A stretch of 64,000 nt of DNA, from contig NC_057718.1 of NCBI RefSeq assembly GCF_004010195.1, positions 18,930,588 to 18,994,587 on the forward strand. Direction: 5' to 3'. Source of the stretch: Chiloscyllium plagiosum (Eukaryota). How positions within the stretch are numbered: position 1 is the stretch's first letter; each line of letters opens with the position of its first letter. Below the pieces are notes generated by a model, which ran no database searches, was not told where the DNA came from, and saw nothing but the letters and a program-made list of their open reading frames with translations. Shown here one piece after another: positions 37,300-51,267 of the stretch. A program made the translations under genes and the position numbers.

Positions 37300-38200
37300 T
37301 TCCTTTTGCACTTGAGGCTTCACTGGCAACTATCGTTGGCACTGTGCAGTGAGTGGCCACAATGCATGTTTGCTTGCTGTTATAGTGTTCACCTCACTCC
37401 AGGCCTACCTGGATACTCATAGCTTCCCAACCTTTCATTGTCTTCCCTTGTCTTCTTATGCGTTAACCCTTCAGCCAGAGATACTAAGTTCACAGTGCTG
37501 CTGCAGGCCCTTGCCGTTTAGCACCGACACCAAACCAGGAAATTTGTCATGTTTGTCAGCAGTCATCAGTCAAGTCAATGGAGATAGTTTTTAGTCAGGG
37601 GTCCTGGTGCAGTCAAAGGCAACTTCTGCCATCGGTCCAGGGGCTTGAGCATAGCCAACTAGCTGCTTTGGGCAGTCAGAGACAAGATAAATGGTGAGAA
37701 GGTGAACATTGGACAGCACACCACCATCTTGCCTCTTTCTGTCCTACTCTTTTCCTCCCAGAATGACAGAGAAGCAGGTATTAAGGGAGAGGATGGTGGG
37801 TAGCACAACTGCTCCTGATGGTACAGATGGGGAGGTGACCAGTGGGCACCACTAAGGGCATGTAGTGGTGTAAGGCATTGGATGGGTGAGGTTCAGTGAG
37901 ATAAAATGTTACAGTAGGAAGAGATAGAGCAAGTGTGAGAAATTGGAGAGAAGATGGTCGCACTTAATTTTAGCAGAGTGGAGAATGTCATTGCCCTCCT
38001 TCCTATATTGCCGTGCATACCTCCAGATGGGTGAGACTGCAATGATCTGGATGGCAACCTTGGATGAGGCTGGCATGGTCTGGTTTCATGTCCTCCTCTG
38101 ATGGTCCTGGAATGGAGAAACCTTCAGATCTCTGCCACAAAACAGGGTGCCAAATTTCCCTTGTCTGCTACATCTGCTATGAATGTCAAGAACCATACAG
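37300..38200 (-). mobile_element. Ancient repeat, possibly PIF/Harbinger Myb/SANT remnant
   Basis: 37520-37680 is homologous to 50015-50310 and 51775-51920. Minus-strand 37965-38090 gives QTMPASSKVAIQIIAVSPIWRYARQYRKEGNDILHSAK, loosely like the W..VA..V...R...QCRKK.NDL Myb/SANT pattern. Confidence 0.35.
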
Positions 38201-40220
38201 ACCAGTTCAAGACTGACAGTGCTTTTCCAGGGGCACAAAGATAGCATCTGGTACCAAGAATGCCAGTCTATCATGGGATCTTCAGGTAGTGGTAAGTTGT
38301 TGCATGGTACATGGTTAGATGGGCTTGCTTCAGATGAGAGGGATGCTGTCCAGAAGGAGTAGGTGGTTACTGAGGTGTTAAGACAAGGTGAGAAAACGCA
38401 GTAGGCCACATACCAAACAAACTCAACAAAATTAATTGCTATTGGCATTTAGCAAAAATACATAAGATTTAGTGCTGTAAAATAAGCCAATGAATTGCTG
38501 TCATCCATTTTACATGTCCACCAATATAAATTGACCTTACAAAACATTTCATGATTAGATCACTTAATACAGACAAATTAGCTGATTCAAGAACAGATGA
38601 ATTGAGTGGGGAATGAGACACAATACTTATATGAAATACTGGAACTAGTCCACAAAGCAGTACTCACTTTTTTACTAAAGATTTCATGATTTTCTGGAAC
38701 ACAATAAATTCAATATCTTGCAGGTGAACCTTGCTACTCCTTAGTACACATCTCACACTTCATAGTATCAAATTTTGTCTTTCAGCAAGAGATATTGTTA
38801 TTGGAACACACGAGCTTCCATTAAACAAGGACCTTGGTGAGCCCTTGCCAGATGTAAGTTTAACAACTGGAACTGGGAGATTTTGGTGTAAAGATGAGTC
38901 ATATGAAGCAATGAAGCAATATATAAATACAATGAGAAAGTAGCCTGCAATAGTATCTTTTCCTATATGGACAGAAGTAAAAATAAAAAATCTGTCAAAG
39001 TTACATCCATTAAAATTTTAAATATACTGCACTGCCATTAAAGCAATTTTTGTCTTACCTGATCCTTGATCAAAAGAAATGTTCCTTTCTTGCAACCTGG
39101 CTTCTCTCAATGTCCATTCTGTGAAGAGTGGAGAGCAATTCTTCACTTAAAATCCTAATTACTTGAAATTTGTCACACAGTCTCTATCTCATCCCTCTTC
39201 TTCAAAGAACTGAGCCACATTTTTTATAAATGAAGTATCATGCATACCTCATGAAAAGCACACATAATTTTCTACAGACTTCAAATCTTTGATGAAATAA
39301 TGTATAATCTATACAGTCTAGCAGCCTGAGAAAGCCACCAATTTCAAAATGTCTTGAACTAATACTGTTGTAGGTAGTGTATCAAGTGGCTGGGATCATG
39401 AGACAGAGCTTCAATTTCCTTCTTAATGAAGACGGGTGAAGAAAAGCCCCTAAATACTCCGATGTATCCTGTGAAAGGGCATTGTGGTATAAAGATTGCA
39501 CATGGGTTCCGCACCAAGCCCAGCATGAATGCCATTTTAAAGGATTGATTATCCCTGGGGAAAAGGCAGGCAAAATTCCTTGGGGTTCCAAACTATCCCT
39601 GTCCCTCGAGGTGGGTAATTCAAGATGGAAGACAGGAAAAATTTCTGGATGTAATAGCTGCTCCTTTTTTGAGGTATTTCAGGTGTTGGAGGTGATTTCC
39701 TCGAATTCCAGGAGCAGCAAGTAATGTTTTGTATACTGTTGCATTGTTTTGGAACTTCAGAGAAAAAAATAAGTAAAACAACAGCACTTTTAAAAGGGAG
39801 AGGAACAGACAAAGGAAGCACATGGTGAGGTCAGTGCAGAGAAAGAAACCCACACTGCTAACTGACACAGCAGTGAATCTGCACAGTTACTGCCTTTGCT
39901 GTTTTAATTTATGTATTTCTGGATATTGAAGAGAGTCTGGGAAAATTAACAAACAATGAAATTCACAACTGATCTTGGAGGAACCTGTTTGGTAGAGGTC
40001 ACAGCACAGAAACAGATAAGTGGATATTTTAAGCGTGGCCTTACAGTAAGTCTGCAGTAATGAGTGGAGTGGGTTTGTTCTTGATTACACGTTTTATTGA
40101 GATATGTCTCCTGATTAAACTTAAAATAGAAGTCATAAGTATTCATTTAACCTGGAGCAGTGTTTTACAGAGGAATAAGATAGTACTATTTTCTGGGTCT
40201 GGAGATTGAAAGAAGCAAAA

Positions 40221-41150
40221 ATGGCCTTTGGTAGCGTGATATGCTCTTCTTGTTGGATGTGGGAGTTCAGGGACAGTTTATGGGTTACTGAGGATTATAT
40301 CTGCAATAAATGCTGTTTGTTGCGAATACCATCAAATAGAATGGATTGAGAGACAGTTAGAGGCAATGAGGAACTTACAAGAGCAAGGGGGTGTGATGGA
40401 TGGTCGTTATAGGAAGGGGCAAAAGTTGCAGATACAGTCACATAGATGGGTTAACTCCAGAGATAGGCAGAGAGATAGGCATTTAGTGCAGGAGTCTTCT
40501 GTGGCTATCCCCATTTCAAACAAGCATGCTGTTTTGGAAAATGTAGGGGGTGATCGATTCACAGGGGAATATAGCATGAACAGCCAAGTTTCTGATATTG
40601 AGACTGGCTCTAATGCAATGAGAGGTACATCGGGTTCCAAGAGATCGATTGTGTTAGGGGACTCTCTAGTCTGAGGCACAGACAGATGTTTCTGTGGCCA
40701 GCAGTGAAACATCAGAATGCTGTGTTGCATCTCTGGTGCCAGGATCAAAGATGTTTCAGAGAGGGTGCAGAATGTTCTCAAGGGGGAAAGGGGCCAATAG
40801 GAAGTCATTGAAAAATTGGAACCAATGACATAGGAAGGGAAAAGGTTGAGATTCTGAAGGGAGATTATAGAGAGTTAGGCAGGCATTTAAAAAGGAGGCC
40901 CTCGAGAGTAGTAATATCTGGATTACTCCTGGTGCTACAACCTAGCGAGGGCAGGAATAGGAGGACAGAGCAGATGAATGCATGGCTGAGGAGCTGGTGT
41001 ATGGGAGAAGGATTCACATTTTTGTATCATTGGAAGCTGTTTTGGGGTAAAAGTGACTTGTACAAGGAGGACAGATTGCACTTAGATTGGAAGGGGACTA
41101 ATATACTGGCAGATTTGCTAGAGGTGCTCGGTCGGATTTAAACTAGTAAG
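40221..41150 (+). pseudogene. CR1 ORF1 remnant: N-terminal Cys cluster plus SGNH/GDSL esterase domain
   Basis: MAFGSVICSSCWMWE..YICNKC (CxxC..CxxC); IVLGDSLV at ~40648-40671; GTND at ~40818; DRLH at ~41070. Contains stops and frameshifts. Confidence 0.8.
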
Positions 41151-41269
41151 GTGGGAGTGTGGGACCCAGGGAGATAATGAGGAAAGCAATCAGTCTGAGA
41201 CTGGGACAGTTGAGAACAAAGGCAAGTCAAACAGTCAGGGCAGGCGGGGACAAGGTAGGACTGATTATT

Positions 41270-44000
41270 AAACTACATTTATTTCAATGCAAGATGCCTA
41301 GAGAAGGCAGATGAACTCAGGGCATGGGTAGAAACATGGGACTGGGATATTATAGCAATTACAGAAACATGGCTCAGGGAAGGACAGGACTGGTAGCTGA
41401 ATGTTCCAGGATGCAAATGCTACAGGAGGACAGAAAGGCAAGAGAGGAGGGGGAGTGGCATTTTTGATTAGGGATAGCATTACAGCTGTACTGAGGGAGG
41501 ATATTCCTGGAAATACATCCAGGGAAGTTATTTGGGTGGAACTGAGAAATAAGAAAGGGATGATCACCTTATTTGGGATTGTACTATAGACTCCTAATAG
41601 TCAGAGGGAAATTGAGAAACAAATTTGTAAGGAGATCTCAGTTATCTGTAAGCATAATAGGGTGGTTATGGTAGGGGATTTTAACTTTCCAAGCATAGAC
41701 TGGGACTGCCAATGTGTTAAGGGTTTAGATGGAAAGGAATTTGTTAAGTGTGTACAATAAAATGTTCTGATTCAGTATGTGGATGTACCTACGAGAGAAA
41801 GTGCAAAACTTGACCTACTCTTGGGGAAATAAGTCAGAGCAGGTAACTGAGGCATCAGTGGGGGAGCACTTTGGGGGCAGCGACCAAAATTCTATTAGTT
41901 TTAAAATTGTGATGGAAAAAGATAGACCAGATCTAAATGTTGAAGTTCTAAATTGGAGAAAGGCCAATTTTGATGGTATTAGGCAAGACCTTTCAAAAGC
42001 TGATTGAGGGCAGATGTTCGCAGGTAAAGGAACGGCTGGAAAATGGGAAGCTTTCAGAAATGAGATAACAAGAGTCCAACAATATTCCTGTTAGGGTGAA
42101 AAGAAAGGCTGGTAGGTGTAAGGAATGCTGGATGACTAAAGAAATTGAGGGTTTGGTTAAGAAAAAGAAGGAAGCATATGCCAGATATAGACAGGATACT
42201 TCGAGAGAATCCTTAGAAGTGTATAAAAGCAGTTGGATTATACTTAAGAGAGAAATCAGGAGGGCAAAAAGGGGACATGAGATAGCTTTGGCAAATAGAA
42301 TTAAGGAGAATCCAAAGGGTTTTTGCAAATACATTAAGGACAGAAGGATAACTAGGGAGAGAATAGGGCACCTCAAAGATCAGCACGGTGGCCTTTGTGT
42401 AGAGCTGCCGGAGATGGGGGAAATAATAAACGAGTATTTTGCATCAGTATTTACTGTGGAAAAGGATATGGAAGATATAGAATGTACGGAAATAGATGAT
42501 GACATCTTGAAAAATGTCCATATTACAGAGGAGGAAGTGCTGGATGTCTTGAAAGTGGATAAATCCCCAGGACCTGATCAGGTGTATCCGAGAACTCTGT
42601 GGGAAGCTAGGAAAGCGATTGTTGGGCCTCTTGCTGAGATATTTGTATTATCGATAGTCACAGGTAAGGTGCCGGAAGACTGGGGGTTGGATAACATGGT
42701 GCCACTGTTTACGAAAGGTGGTAAGGACAATCAAGGGAATTATAGACCAGTGAGCCTGACATCGGTGGTAGGCAAGTTGTTGGAGGGAATCCTGAGGGAC
42801 AGGATGTACATGTATTTGGAAAGACAAGGACTGATTAGGGATAGTCAACATGGCTTTGTGCGTGGAAAATCATGTCTCACAAACTTGATTGAATTTTTGG
42901 AAGAAGTAACAAGGAGGATTGATGAGGGCAGAGTGGTGGATGTGATCTATATGGACTTCAGTAAGGCATTTGACAAGATTCCCCATGGGAGACTGGCTAG
43001 CAAGGTTAGATCTCATGGAATACAGGGAGAACTAGCCATTTGATACAGAACTGGCTCAAAGGTAGAAGACAGAGGATGGTGGTGGAGGGTTGTTTTTCAG
43101 ACTGGGTGCCTGTGACCAGTGGAATGCCACAAGGATCAGTGTTGGGTCCACTACTTTTCATTATTTGGATAAATGATTTGGATGTGAGCATAAAAGGTAT
43201 AGTTATTAAGTTTGCTGATGCCACCAAAATTGGAGGTGTAGGGGACAGTGAAGAAGGTTACCTCAGGTAACAATGGGATCTTGATCAGATGGGCCAATGG
43301 GCTGAGAAATGGCAGATGGAGTTTAATTTAGATAAATGTTAGGTGCTGCATTTTGGGAAAGCAAATATTAGCAGGACTTATACATCTGATGGTAAGGTCC
43401 TAGGGCGCGTTGCTGAACAAAGAGACCTTGGGGTGCAGGCTCATAGCTCCTTGAAAGTTGAGACAGAGGTAGATAGGATAGTGAAGAAGGCGTTTAGTAT
43501 GCTTTCCTTTATTGGTCAGAATATTGAATACGGGAGTTAGGAGGTCATGCTGCGGCTTTACAGAATATTGGTTAGGCCACTTTTGGAATATTGCGTGCAA
43601 TTCTGGTCTCCTTCCTATCGGAAAGATGTTGTGAAACGTGAAAGGGTTCAGAAAAGATTTACAAGAATGTTGCCAGGGTTGGAGGATTTGAGCTCTACGG
43701 AGAGGTAGAATAGGCTGGGGCTGTTTTCCCTGGAGTATCAGAGACTGAGAGGTGACCTTATGGAGGTTTATAAAATCAAGAGGGGCGTGGATAGGATAAA
43801 TAGACAAAGTCTTTTCCCTGGGGTGGGTGAGTTCAGAACTAGAGGGCATAGGTTTAGGTTGAGAGGAGAAAGATATAAAAGAGACCTAAGGGACAACTTT
43901 TTCACGTGGTACATGTATGGAATGTGCTGCTAGAAGAAGTGATGGAGGCTAGCACACTTGCAACATTTAAAAGGCATCTGGATGGGTATATGAATAGGAA
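41270..44000 (+). pseudogene. CR1 ORF2 remnant: APE endonuclease plus reverse transcriptase
   Basis: IAITETW, GGGVA and VGDFN (EN); YRPVSLTS, QHGF, DFSKAFD and GMPQGSVLGPLLF (RT). Catalytic FADD is mutated to FADA. Broken into several ORFs, the longest being 42096-43043. Confidence 0.93.
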
Positions 44001-47000
44001 GGGTTTGGAGAGATATGGGCCAGGTACTGGCAAGTGGGACTAGATTGGGTTGGGATATCTGGTCAGTATGGACGGGTTGGACCGAAGGGTCTGTTTCCAT
44101 ACTGTACATCTCTATAACTCTGTGACTCTATGGACCTTAGATATGTCATGTCAGAGATGGGTGTACTTTCACCCAGCATACTTGCTGCCCACAGTATCCC
44201 TGGTGAGGAGCATGGAATTTTCTCGAGTGGAAGATCTCTTCTTTCTGTGGTGAGAAATGTATTTGGGGTGTTATACACCAAATACATCAGAACTTGGTCT
44301 TAAGGGGATGTGGTCAAGTTTCTGTTCTTTCTGTTACATACTTAATGGAGTGTGCTGGGAAAGACAATTACAGAGCGAGCATGCTATGTTGACCTAACTG
44401 CCATTACAAAAAATGGATCTTCTTCCTTGGCATTGCCATCATGCATGTTGGTAAACTCAATAGGTCTGAAGCTGCATAAAAGAGCATATAAATACTAAGA
44501 TGCGTGAACCTACAGCTGCCAACATTGTGCCTGCTGAGATTTAAGGGATCGGGAGGACCATGAAAAGCATGCACTTGGTTGGACAATCTTGGCAGTACTT
44601 ACCAAGAGATTTTGTATAATACAATATGTGGTCGACATGGCAATAGGTGTATGATACCCCCTCCAAAAAGGTCTTTTGTAAGGGGCTGCTCTTACCTTTG
44701 GAGACTCATTCCCTATGAGGATACCCCATTCTCTTATCATCAATGACATCAGGCTCAATTTCTCTTGTCTCTTAGTACCACCAAATTCCAATCATGGAAA
44801 TTCCTACCATTAACTTAAATGGATGTGTAAGTAATAGATGGACTTCCAGGAGCTCAAATGATGGCAATGTGGTGTAACTTCCACCATTTTATTGATTAAA
44901 GATATGCCAGTATAGGAGACTGGCATAACCTCTAAGGAATTTTGGCCTTGATAATAAAAATTACTCAAAATATAAACCGGAATAACAATGGAGGTACTGT
45001 TGCATAGTCTGGAGCAGTATGCATTCTATTATTAATAAGTTTAATGATATTGATTTTGGATTATAGTATATTTCAGATGTGTTATAATTGAAGTTTCAAC
45101 AATCCTAACAATTATTCTAAACTTGTTAACTTCCTAGAAAAGCATGTTGGGTTTTCAGATTTCAGACAGTGGTGAGATATTTTCTGACATTCTTATGGAA
45201 TATCTTAAGATGCTTATTATGCAATAAAAAAGATCTATATAGTAGATACAGGATTAGTGATTACAAGTGTCTTCATTTACTCTGCTGTTGTAAGATCTCT
45301 CCTCACCCTCAATATCTAATCACGATATAATGTTTACAACAAACCCAATACTGTGTACATTACAATAGTCCTCAATTCAAAAGTCAAATCCTGTTTACAC
45401 TGTCAAGTCCTTTTATTGTCAGTATAATTAAAATTCCAGAACTTGAATTGATCTTGTGGGTAAATACATAAATTTATGAAAAAGGAATAAAGATTATTCC
45501 AGGACTTTGAGAAGTAGTAATTTGCTGAATGAGTTCTTTTGCTTTTCTTTTGGAGGCAATGACAGGTTGGTCAAAAGAAAATTACAGCAAATTTTTTTAA
45601 TCAAAGACCATCAAATTGAATGTTTGCTTTATCTCGTTCTCTCTGCCAATGTTGCTTTGCTTGCTGAGTGTTTCCTCAGTGTTTTCTGTTTTTAATTTAC
45701 ATTGTTGGTCTTGGGACCAAGAATGGCATGACACTTTAGACCTTGGCATAAAGTTAGGATTAGGCATAACAGGCTCTGATCTTTTGACAGAGCAACCTGA
45801 CAGGGGACCTGGTAGTTTGGTTTCTAGTCCCTTAGAACTTCAGAAATCGTGGATCTGTATTGAAGAAACAAAACATTTTCAATATTCTTAAGTTATTTTG
45901 CCCGTTTACGGATGTAAATGTTTTCAATCGGTCAGAAGAATTTCAATTTAACTCAATAATGTTGTTTCTATCATAGAGCATAGCATCAACTCTTTTGCGT
46001 CCAACAATTTCATTTATTTTTGATGTGCATTTGTGAAATTGCCTTTTATCATTCATTCACAATCTGTTTGCTCTGGAATTTCATGGATCAGTTGTTTATC
46101 TTGTGGAATGAAAATGCTATAAGACTTTTGCACATAAAGCTGCCTTCATTTTGTTAATTTCTTGACATAAGATTATTTTCTGATTAAACACTTTACAGTT
46201 AGTCACAGTTCTATGTTACCTTCTTACTAGCATTACCCCCCCACCATCATTTGATTTGCATTTTGGATAAGATCTGTTGTCTGATGCATTAAATCTTCGA
46301 AAGGCAGCAGATAACCTTTGCTTTTATTCACATTGCTTGGGTTGACTCATTGCATCATGACATCTAAAAATAACAATTTAATAAATGTTTATGCACTGCC
46401 ACTCCCACAAGGCTAGAGTTGATGACTGATTTTTGCTGTGAAGATATTAAATCACAGCTCCAGGTTGCTCTCTGGTGGTGGCCTTCTGGTGTCAATATGT
46501 GGCAGGAGAGCTCAAATAGACTCCCCACCCTCCTGCAAACAAAAATGAACTCCCAGGATTGGTGTTTTGGCTCCATCTCCTGTAAGTCAAAAGAACTGTT
46601 GCAGCTTCATACTTATAAAGAAGTGATTATTTTTTCAAAAATGTTCCTTAACCTCTTGAAGGTATGACATTAGTTAGTAAGTTGTCTCATGAGACTGATT
46701 ATCAGAAGATTGGTGATGCAGTGATAATGTCAGATATTTCCTACTCTCTTTATGATTTACATAAAGATTTTAAACTAAGCTAATGGAAGCCCTTTGGTCA
46801 TCATTGCAGCAGATGCAGTGTCCAATAAGCTGCCTGACAGTTCCATAACTGCAATGACAAATCTCCTCAAAATGCTTGGTTAATTTGCCCATCTGCTTAC
46901 AACAAAGGGAATGTTAATGCCATTATAACAGTTGTGAGTTTTAAATAGTGCTTCATATGGAAAATAATTTGTAACCAAAAAATAGAACAGCAAAACAGGG

Positions 47001-47439
47001 AAAATATTTTCAGAATGATTTTCTCTTTTTCCTAAAATAAACTTTGTACTTAGATTCGACCTGGAAAGGCAGCCAGAGTTTAAAGGCCATTTTAAAAAGG
47101 GCTTGGCTATAATTTATTTTGCCTTATAAGAAGATTCCTAATTTTTGAATTAAAAATGGCAATCTGTAAGAAACCGCGCATCTAAAGTGTCTTGAATGTT
47201 ACTGGGTTTTTCCATTATATTGGTGCTGCAATGCTGTGGCTGGCAGTGTGGCAGATGCCTATGCAATAGGAATGATGGGTTCTTGCATCATCAGGCTGCC
47301 CATATGTCACTCCATTTTATCTAAATGGTATTAGGGTTAGGGTGAATCTGGCCAATTTGAAAGTGGCCTTCAATTAAAGACTGAAAAATTTACTAGCAGA
47401 TATTTTGGACTATTTTACATCCCAAATCAATTTTGTCTC

Positions 47440-47817
47440 AACAGCTGAACAGGACATTAGTTAGGCCACTGTTGGAATATTGTGTGCAATTCTGGTCTCC
47501 ATCCTATCAGAAAGATGTTGTCAAACGTGAAAGGGTTCAGAAACGATTTACAAGGATTTTGCCAGGGTTGGAGCATTTGAGCTGTAGGGAGAGGCTGAAT
47601 AGGCTGGGGCTGTTTTCCCTAGCATTGGAGGATGAGGTTTATAAAATCATGAGTGGTATGGATAGGCTAAATAGATGAGGAGTTTTCCCTGGGGTGGGGA
47701 ATGCAGAACTAGAGAGCATAGGTTTAGGGTGAGAGGGGAAAAATTTAAAAGGGACCTAAGGGGCAATGTTTTTCATGCCAGAGGAAGTGGTGGAGGTTGG
47801 TAAAATTACAACATTTT
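47440..47817 (+). mobile_element. CR1 3' fragment with internal deletions
   Basis: ORF 47433-47678 LVRPLLEYCVQFWSP..ERVQKRFTR. Confidence 0.9.
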
Positions 47818-48479
47818 TTACAAGGAGATACTTTAGACTAAGAGTATTGCCCTAAAGCAAACTCAAATAGTGACAGGCTTAATGCAGAAAAGGAGAACTT
47901 TCCTCAGTACCTATTACATAAATTGCAGAATGCTCAGTGAAAGCTCTTGCAAGGAATTTCTGTAAGACTGAAAGAAATGAGAGCCCTTCACATGTAGGAG
48001 TTTTAGCATTGTAAAGAATAATACGTGTAGACATAGAATAATTATGCATAGCTCTTGATCCATCAGCATATAACTGCCAACCTTATCTTTCATCAAAAAA
48101 AAATTAAAGCCTTGAAAAAGCTTTGCTCAAAAGAATATATAAATGATTAATTCTGTTGCCTCATGAAAGATAGCTGATACTTTTTCTTTTTCTAATTGCA
48201 TTCTATACACAATTTTGTGAGGGGCTTGAAAATCAACTTGTTACATCATCCCTCTCAACAAAAGCATTTAACAAAAAGTATAAATATGAAAGTAATTAAT
48301 GAGATCGAATTGACTTTCAATGATACCCACTATCCTTTGGGGAGATATGACATCTCAGGGTTGCAGGTTTCTGTAATGAGTCTTCATGTGATTGAACAGG
48401 TCAATTCATGACCTGCAGGTTGTACATGGAGCAGAATGTCTCACAAGGTAACAAAGTCTAGAGTGCAGGATTTGCTTCC

Positions 48480-48740
48480 TTCTCTTTGCTGCTGCTCTGG
48501 TCCACCATTAAGATGTCGTGAGCCAAAGCATGTCGGAGTCTAATGGACAAAGTCAAGGCCATTTTGATTGATTGGTAACAAGTCTTCCCATTAATTAATG
48601 TCAATTTTGCTGAACTTCAAGGAAAACTTCAGACTGTTGGAGCATTTTTCTTTTGTCCTTCCCTAGAACACTATTCTTTTGAGAACTGAGAAAACAGGAC
48701 CTGGTGTGGAGACATGTTTGAACCATCCTTACACAAAATT
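48480..48740 (-). mobile_element. Possible RTE-clade LINE 3' remnant
   Basis: Frameshifted minus-strand translation G.QK..NSLKFSLKFSKIDIN.WEDL resembles the RTE C-terminal GGQRKR.KDTLKASLK....WE.LA motif. Confidence 0.4.
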
Positions 48741-48792
48741 GAATCTTTCTGGGCACTGAACAACATTAGTCCTTATTGAGAAAGTTTGGAAA

Positions 48793-49399
48793 GTCATTGC
48801 ATTGAGTATGGGAGTTGGGATGTCATATTGTGTGTATACAGGGCATTGGTGAGGCCACTTTTGAAACACTGCATTCAATTCTGGTCTCCCTGCTATAGGA
48901 AAAATGTTGTTAAACTGGAAAGGTACAGAATGGATTTACAAGGATGTTGCCAGGGTTGTAGGGTTTGAGCTATTGGGAGAGGTTGAATAGGCTGGGGCTA
49001 TTTCCCCTGGAGTGTCAGATGCTGAGGGGTGACCTTATAAAGATTTATAAAATAATGAGGGGCATGGATAGAGTGAATAGCCAAGATCTTCTCCCAGGGT
49101 AGGGGAGCCCAAAACTAGAGGTCATAGGTTTAAGGTGAGAGGTGAAAGATATGAAAGGGAGCTAAGGGGCAACATTTTCCCAGAGGGTGATGCATTTATG
49201 GAATGAGCTACCAGACGAAGTGGTGGAGACTGAGACAGTCACAACATTTAAAAGGCATCCAGATGGGTGCATGAATAGGAAGGCTTTGGAGGAATATGGA
49301 CCAATTACTGGCAAATGGAACTAGATTAATTAGGATATCTGGTCGGCATGGACAAGTTGGACAAACAGGTCTGTTTCTGTGCTGTAGAACTCTATGACT
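48793..49399 (+). mobile_element. CR1 LINE 3' end
   Basis: IEYGSWDVIL..YRALVRPLL..CIQFWSP. Tail ctctatgact. Confidence 0.92.
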
Positions 49400-50921
49400 T
49401 TTTGAGTCTAACCAGCTGTTGAATAGTGAGACGAGATTCTCACAAGTGACTGCTGAGAGATCCATTACTGTGCTGTCTCATTGTTACCTAATCTCAACCT
49501 CATTTTTCTGCAGTTTCCCATTCTCCCACCTATTAGATGACAACAATTCCCAACAGAAAAGTCAAAGATCTTATCTGGTGATTCCAGTTCTGCGTGTTCC
49601 TCTGGCCTTCAGTCTTGGACCACAATATCCAGTGTCACAAGGCACATTCCAGGGTCAGTGATAGCTAACAACCCCATCTACGTATGTTGGCATTTGTCAT
49701 GTACCAGCTTTATCATGTTATCAGGGCACATCTCCAATCCACTTACAGTATGATTCTGCAATTCAATGTTGCACTCTAGAGTGTATCAGCACTTTCATTG
49801 GAATGCTTCTGCCGGAACAATTTGCACACAGAGATAGACACCCATCTCATGGATTGGATCAGAGTGTTGCTTGCTTGCTGGTTTAGTGCTCACTCACTTT
49901 GTACCTGCTTGGATGCTAAAAACATCCCTACCTTGCCTTGTCTTGTCTCTTTCACTTTGCACTCAAACAGAGCTTAAAGCCTCACAGGACGCTTTTCTTG
50001 CATCTCCATTTAACAAAGACACAAAACCAGTCAACTTATCGGGATTGTCAGCAGTAATCAGTCAAGAGCTGGACATGTTACTGGACAGCACTGTGCTACA
50101 TCAATCTCTCATCTGCATCATATGCCAGTAGTGTATGAGACAAACTCACTGCATGTGTTTCAACTAAATGGTCATGTCTCAAATTCTAAGGGGAGTCCTC
50201 AGTGAAGTCAAGGGACACAGCCTTCAATCAGGGAGCCCCAGTGCAGTAAGTCAAAGGTATCATCTGATATCAATCCAGGTACTTGGACCAGTCAATTAGC
50301 CACTTGGGAGGTGGGGGTCAGGACTATGCAAATGCAAATTGTCAGAGGAATCACAGTAATTCAGTTGGGAAGCTGCACAGATATCAGTCTACAGTCTGAT
50401 CAGTTATTGGTTAAATCTGTCCATCAAAGTCAATCAAGGGGATGGGCCACAAGCAATTCTAGGGCCCAGCTCAATGGAAGTCAAGTCGAAGACTAACATT
50501 GCCAAGTGCTACATGTATCGCCTTCCATACTTAGGAAATTTGTAAATGCGTATTGGAAATGTAAAATGGCTGTGACCAAACCCAGAGTGGGCGGAGTCAG
50601 GTTTTGTTTCTACCTCAGTGATGTGAGGCCCTTCAAGGTGAAAATTCAGTTTAGCGCAGTACTTTTCACATTACAAGTGAGACAAAATGATTGAGATTTA
50701 GGCTAAGTGAGTATATCTCGGACTTTCAGGACAGAACGGGAAAGGGGTAAGTTAAGTAAGGCTGGAAGTAAACTCTCCTGAGCAAGAGGTGAATGGATGA
50801 TGATGAAAGGCATGGATCAACATGCCAACCTGCAGTGAGACCAGCAGTGTAGTGACACCACAAACCACAATGAAGCTGCTTGCTGAGTAGGATAGGTATT
50901 TCTAGTCTTATGTAAAAGTTC

Positions 50922-51267
50922 CATAGAATCCCCACAGTATGGAAACATGCTCTTTGGCCCAACAAGTCCACACCGACCTTCGAAAGTGTAACCCATCAGA
51001 CCCATTCCCCTATCCTATATTTACCCCTGACTAATTCACCTATTCGAGGCATCCCTGAACACTGTGGGCAATTCAGCATGGCCAATTCACCTAACATGCA
51101 CATCTTTGGACTGTTTGTGTGTGTGGCGGAGATGGGGGGGGGAAACACCCAGAGAAAACCTACACAGACATGGGGAAAACTCCACACAGACAGTTGCCTG
51201 AGGCTGGAATTGAACCTGAGTCCCTGGTGCTGTGAGGGAGCAGTGCTAACCACTGTGCCACCATGCC
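50922..51267 (-). mobile_element. HE1-type V-SINE
   Basis: Head ggcatggtggcacagtggttagcactgct..ggttcaattcc (A and B boxes), V-domain and CR1-like tail. Confidence 0.88.

Larger units (their letters stand above)
39651..44132 (+). mobile_element. Near full-length, inactivated CR1 (HER1-type) LINE
   Basis: 5'UTR, ORF1, ORF2 and the 8-nt tail repeat (ctctataa/ctctgtga/ctctatg) are in the correct order. The 5' boundary is approximate. Confidence 0.95.

Noticed and set aside
42096..43043. 315-aa ORF as a functional gene
   Set aside because: It is an internal piece of CR1 ORF2 bounded by frameshifts and stops, and the RT catalytic motif downstream is mutated (FADA).
39380..44820. Flanks of the long CR1 (39380-39650, 44133-44820) as a disrupted older element or gene
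   Set aside because: The composition is suggestive, but I could not recover a diagnostic motif.
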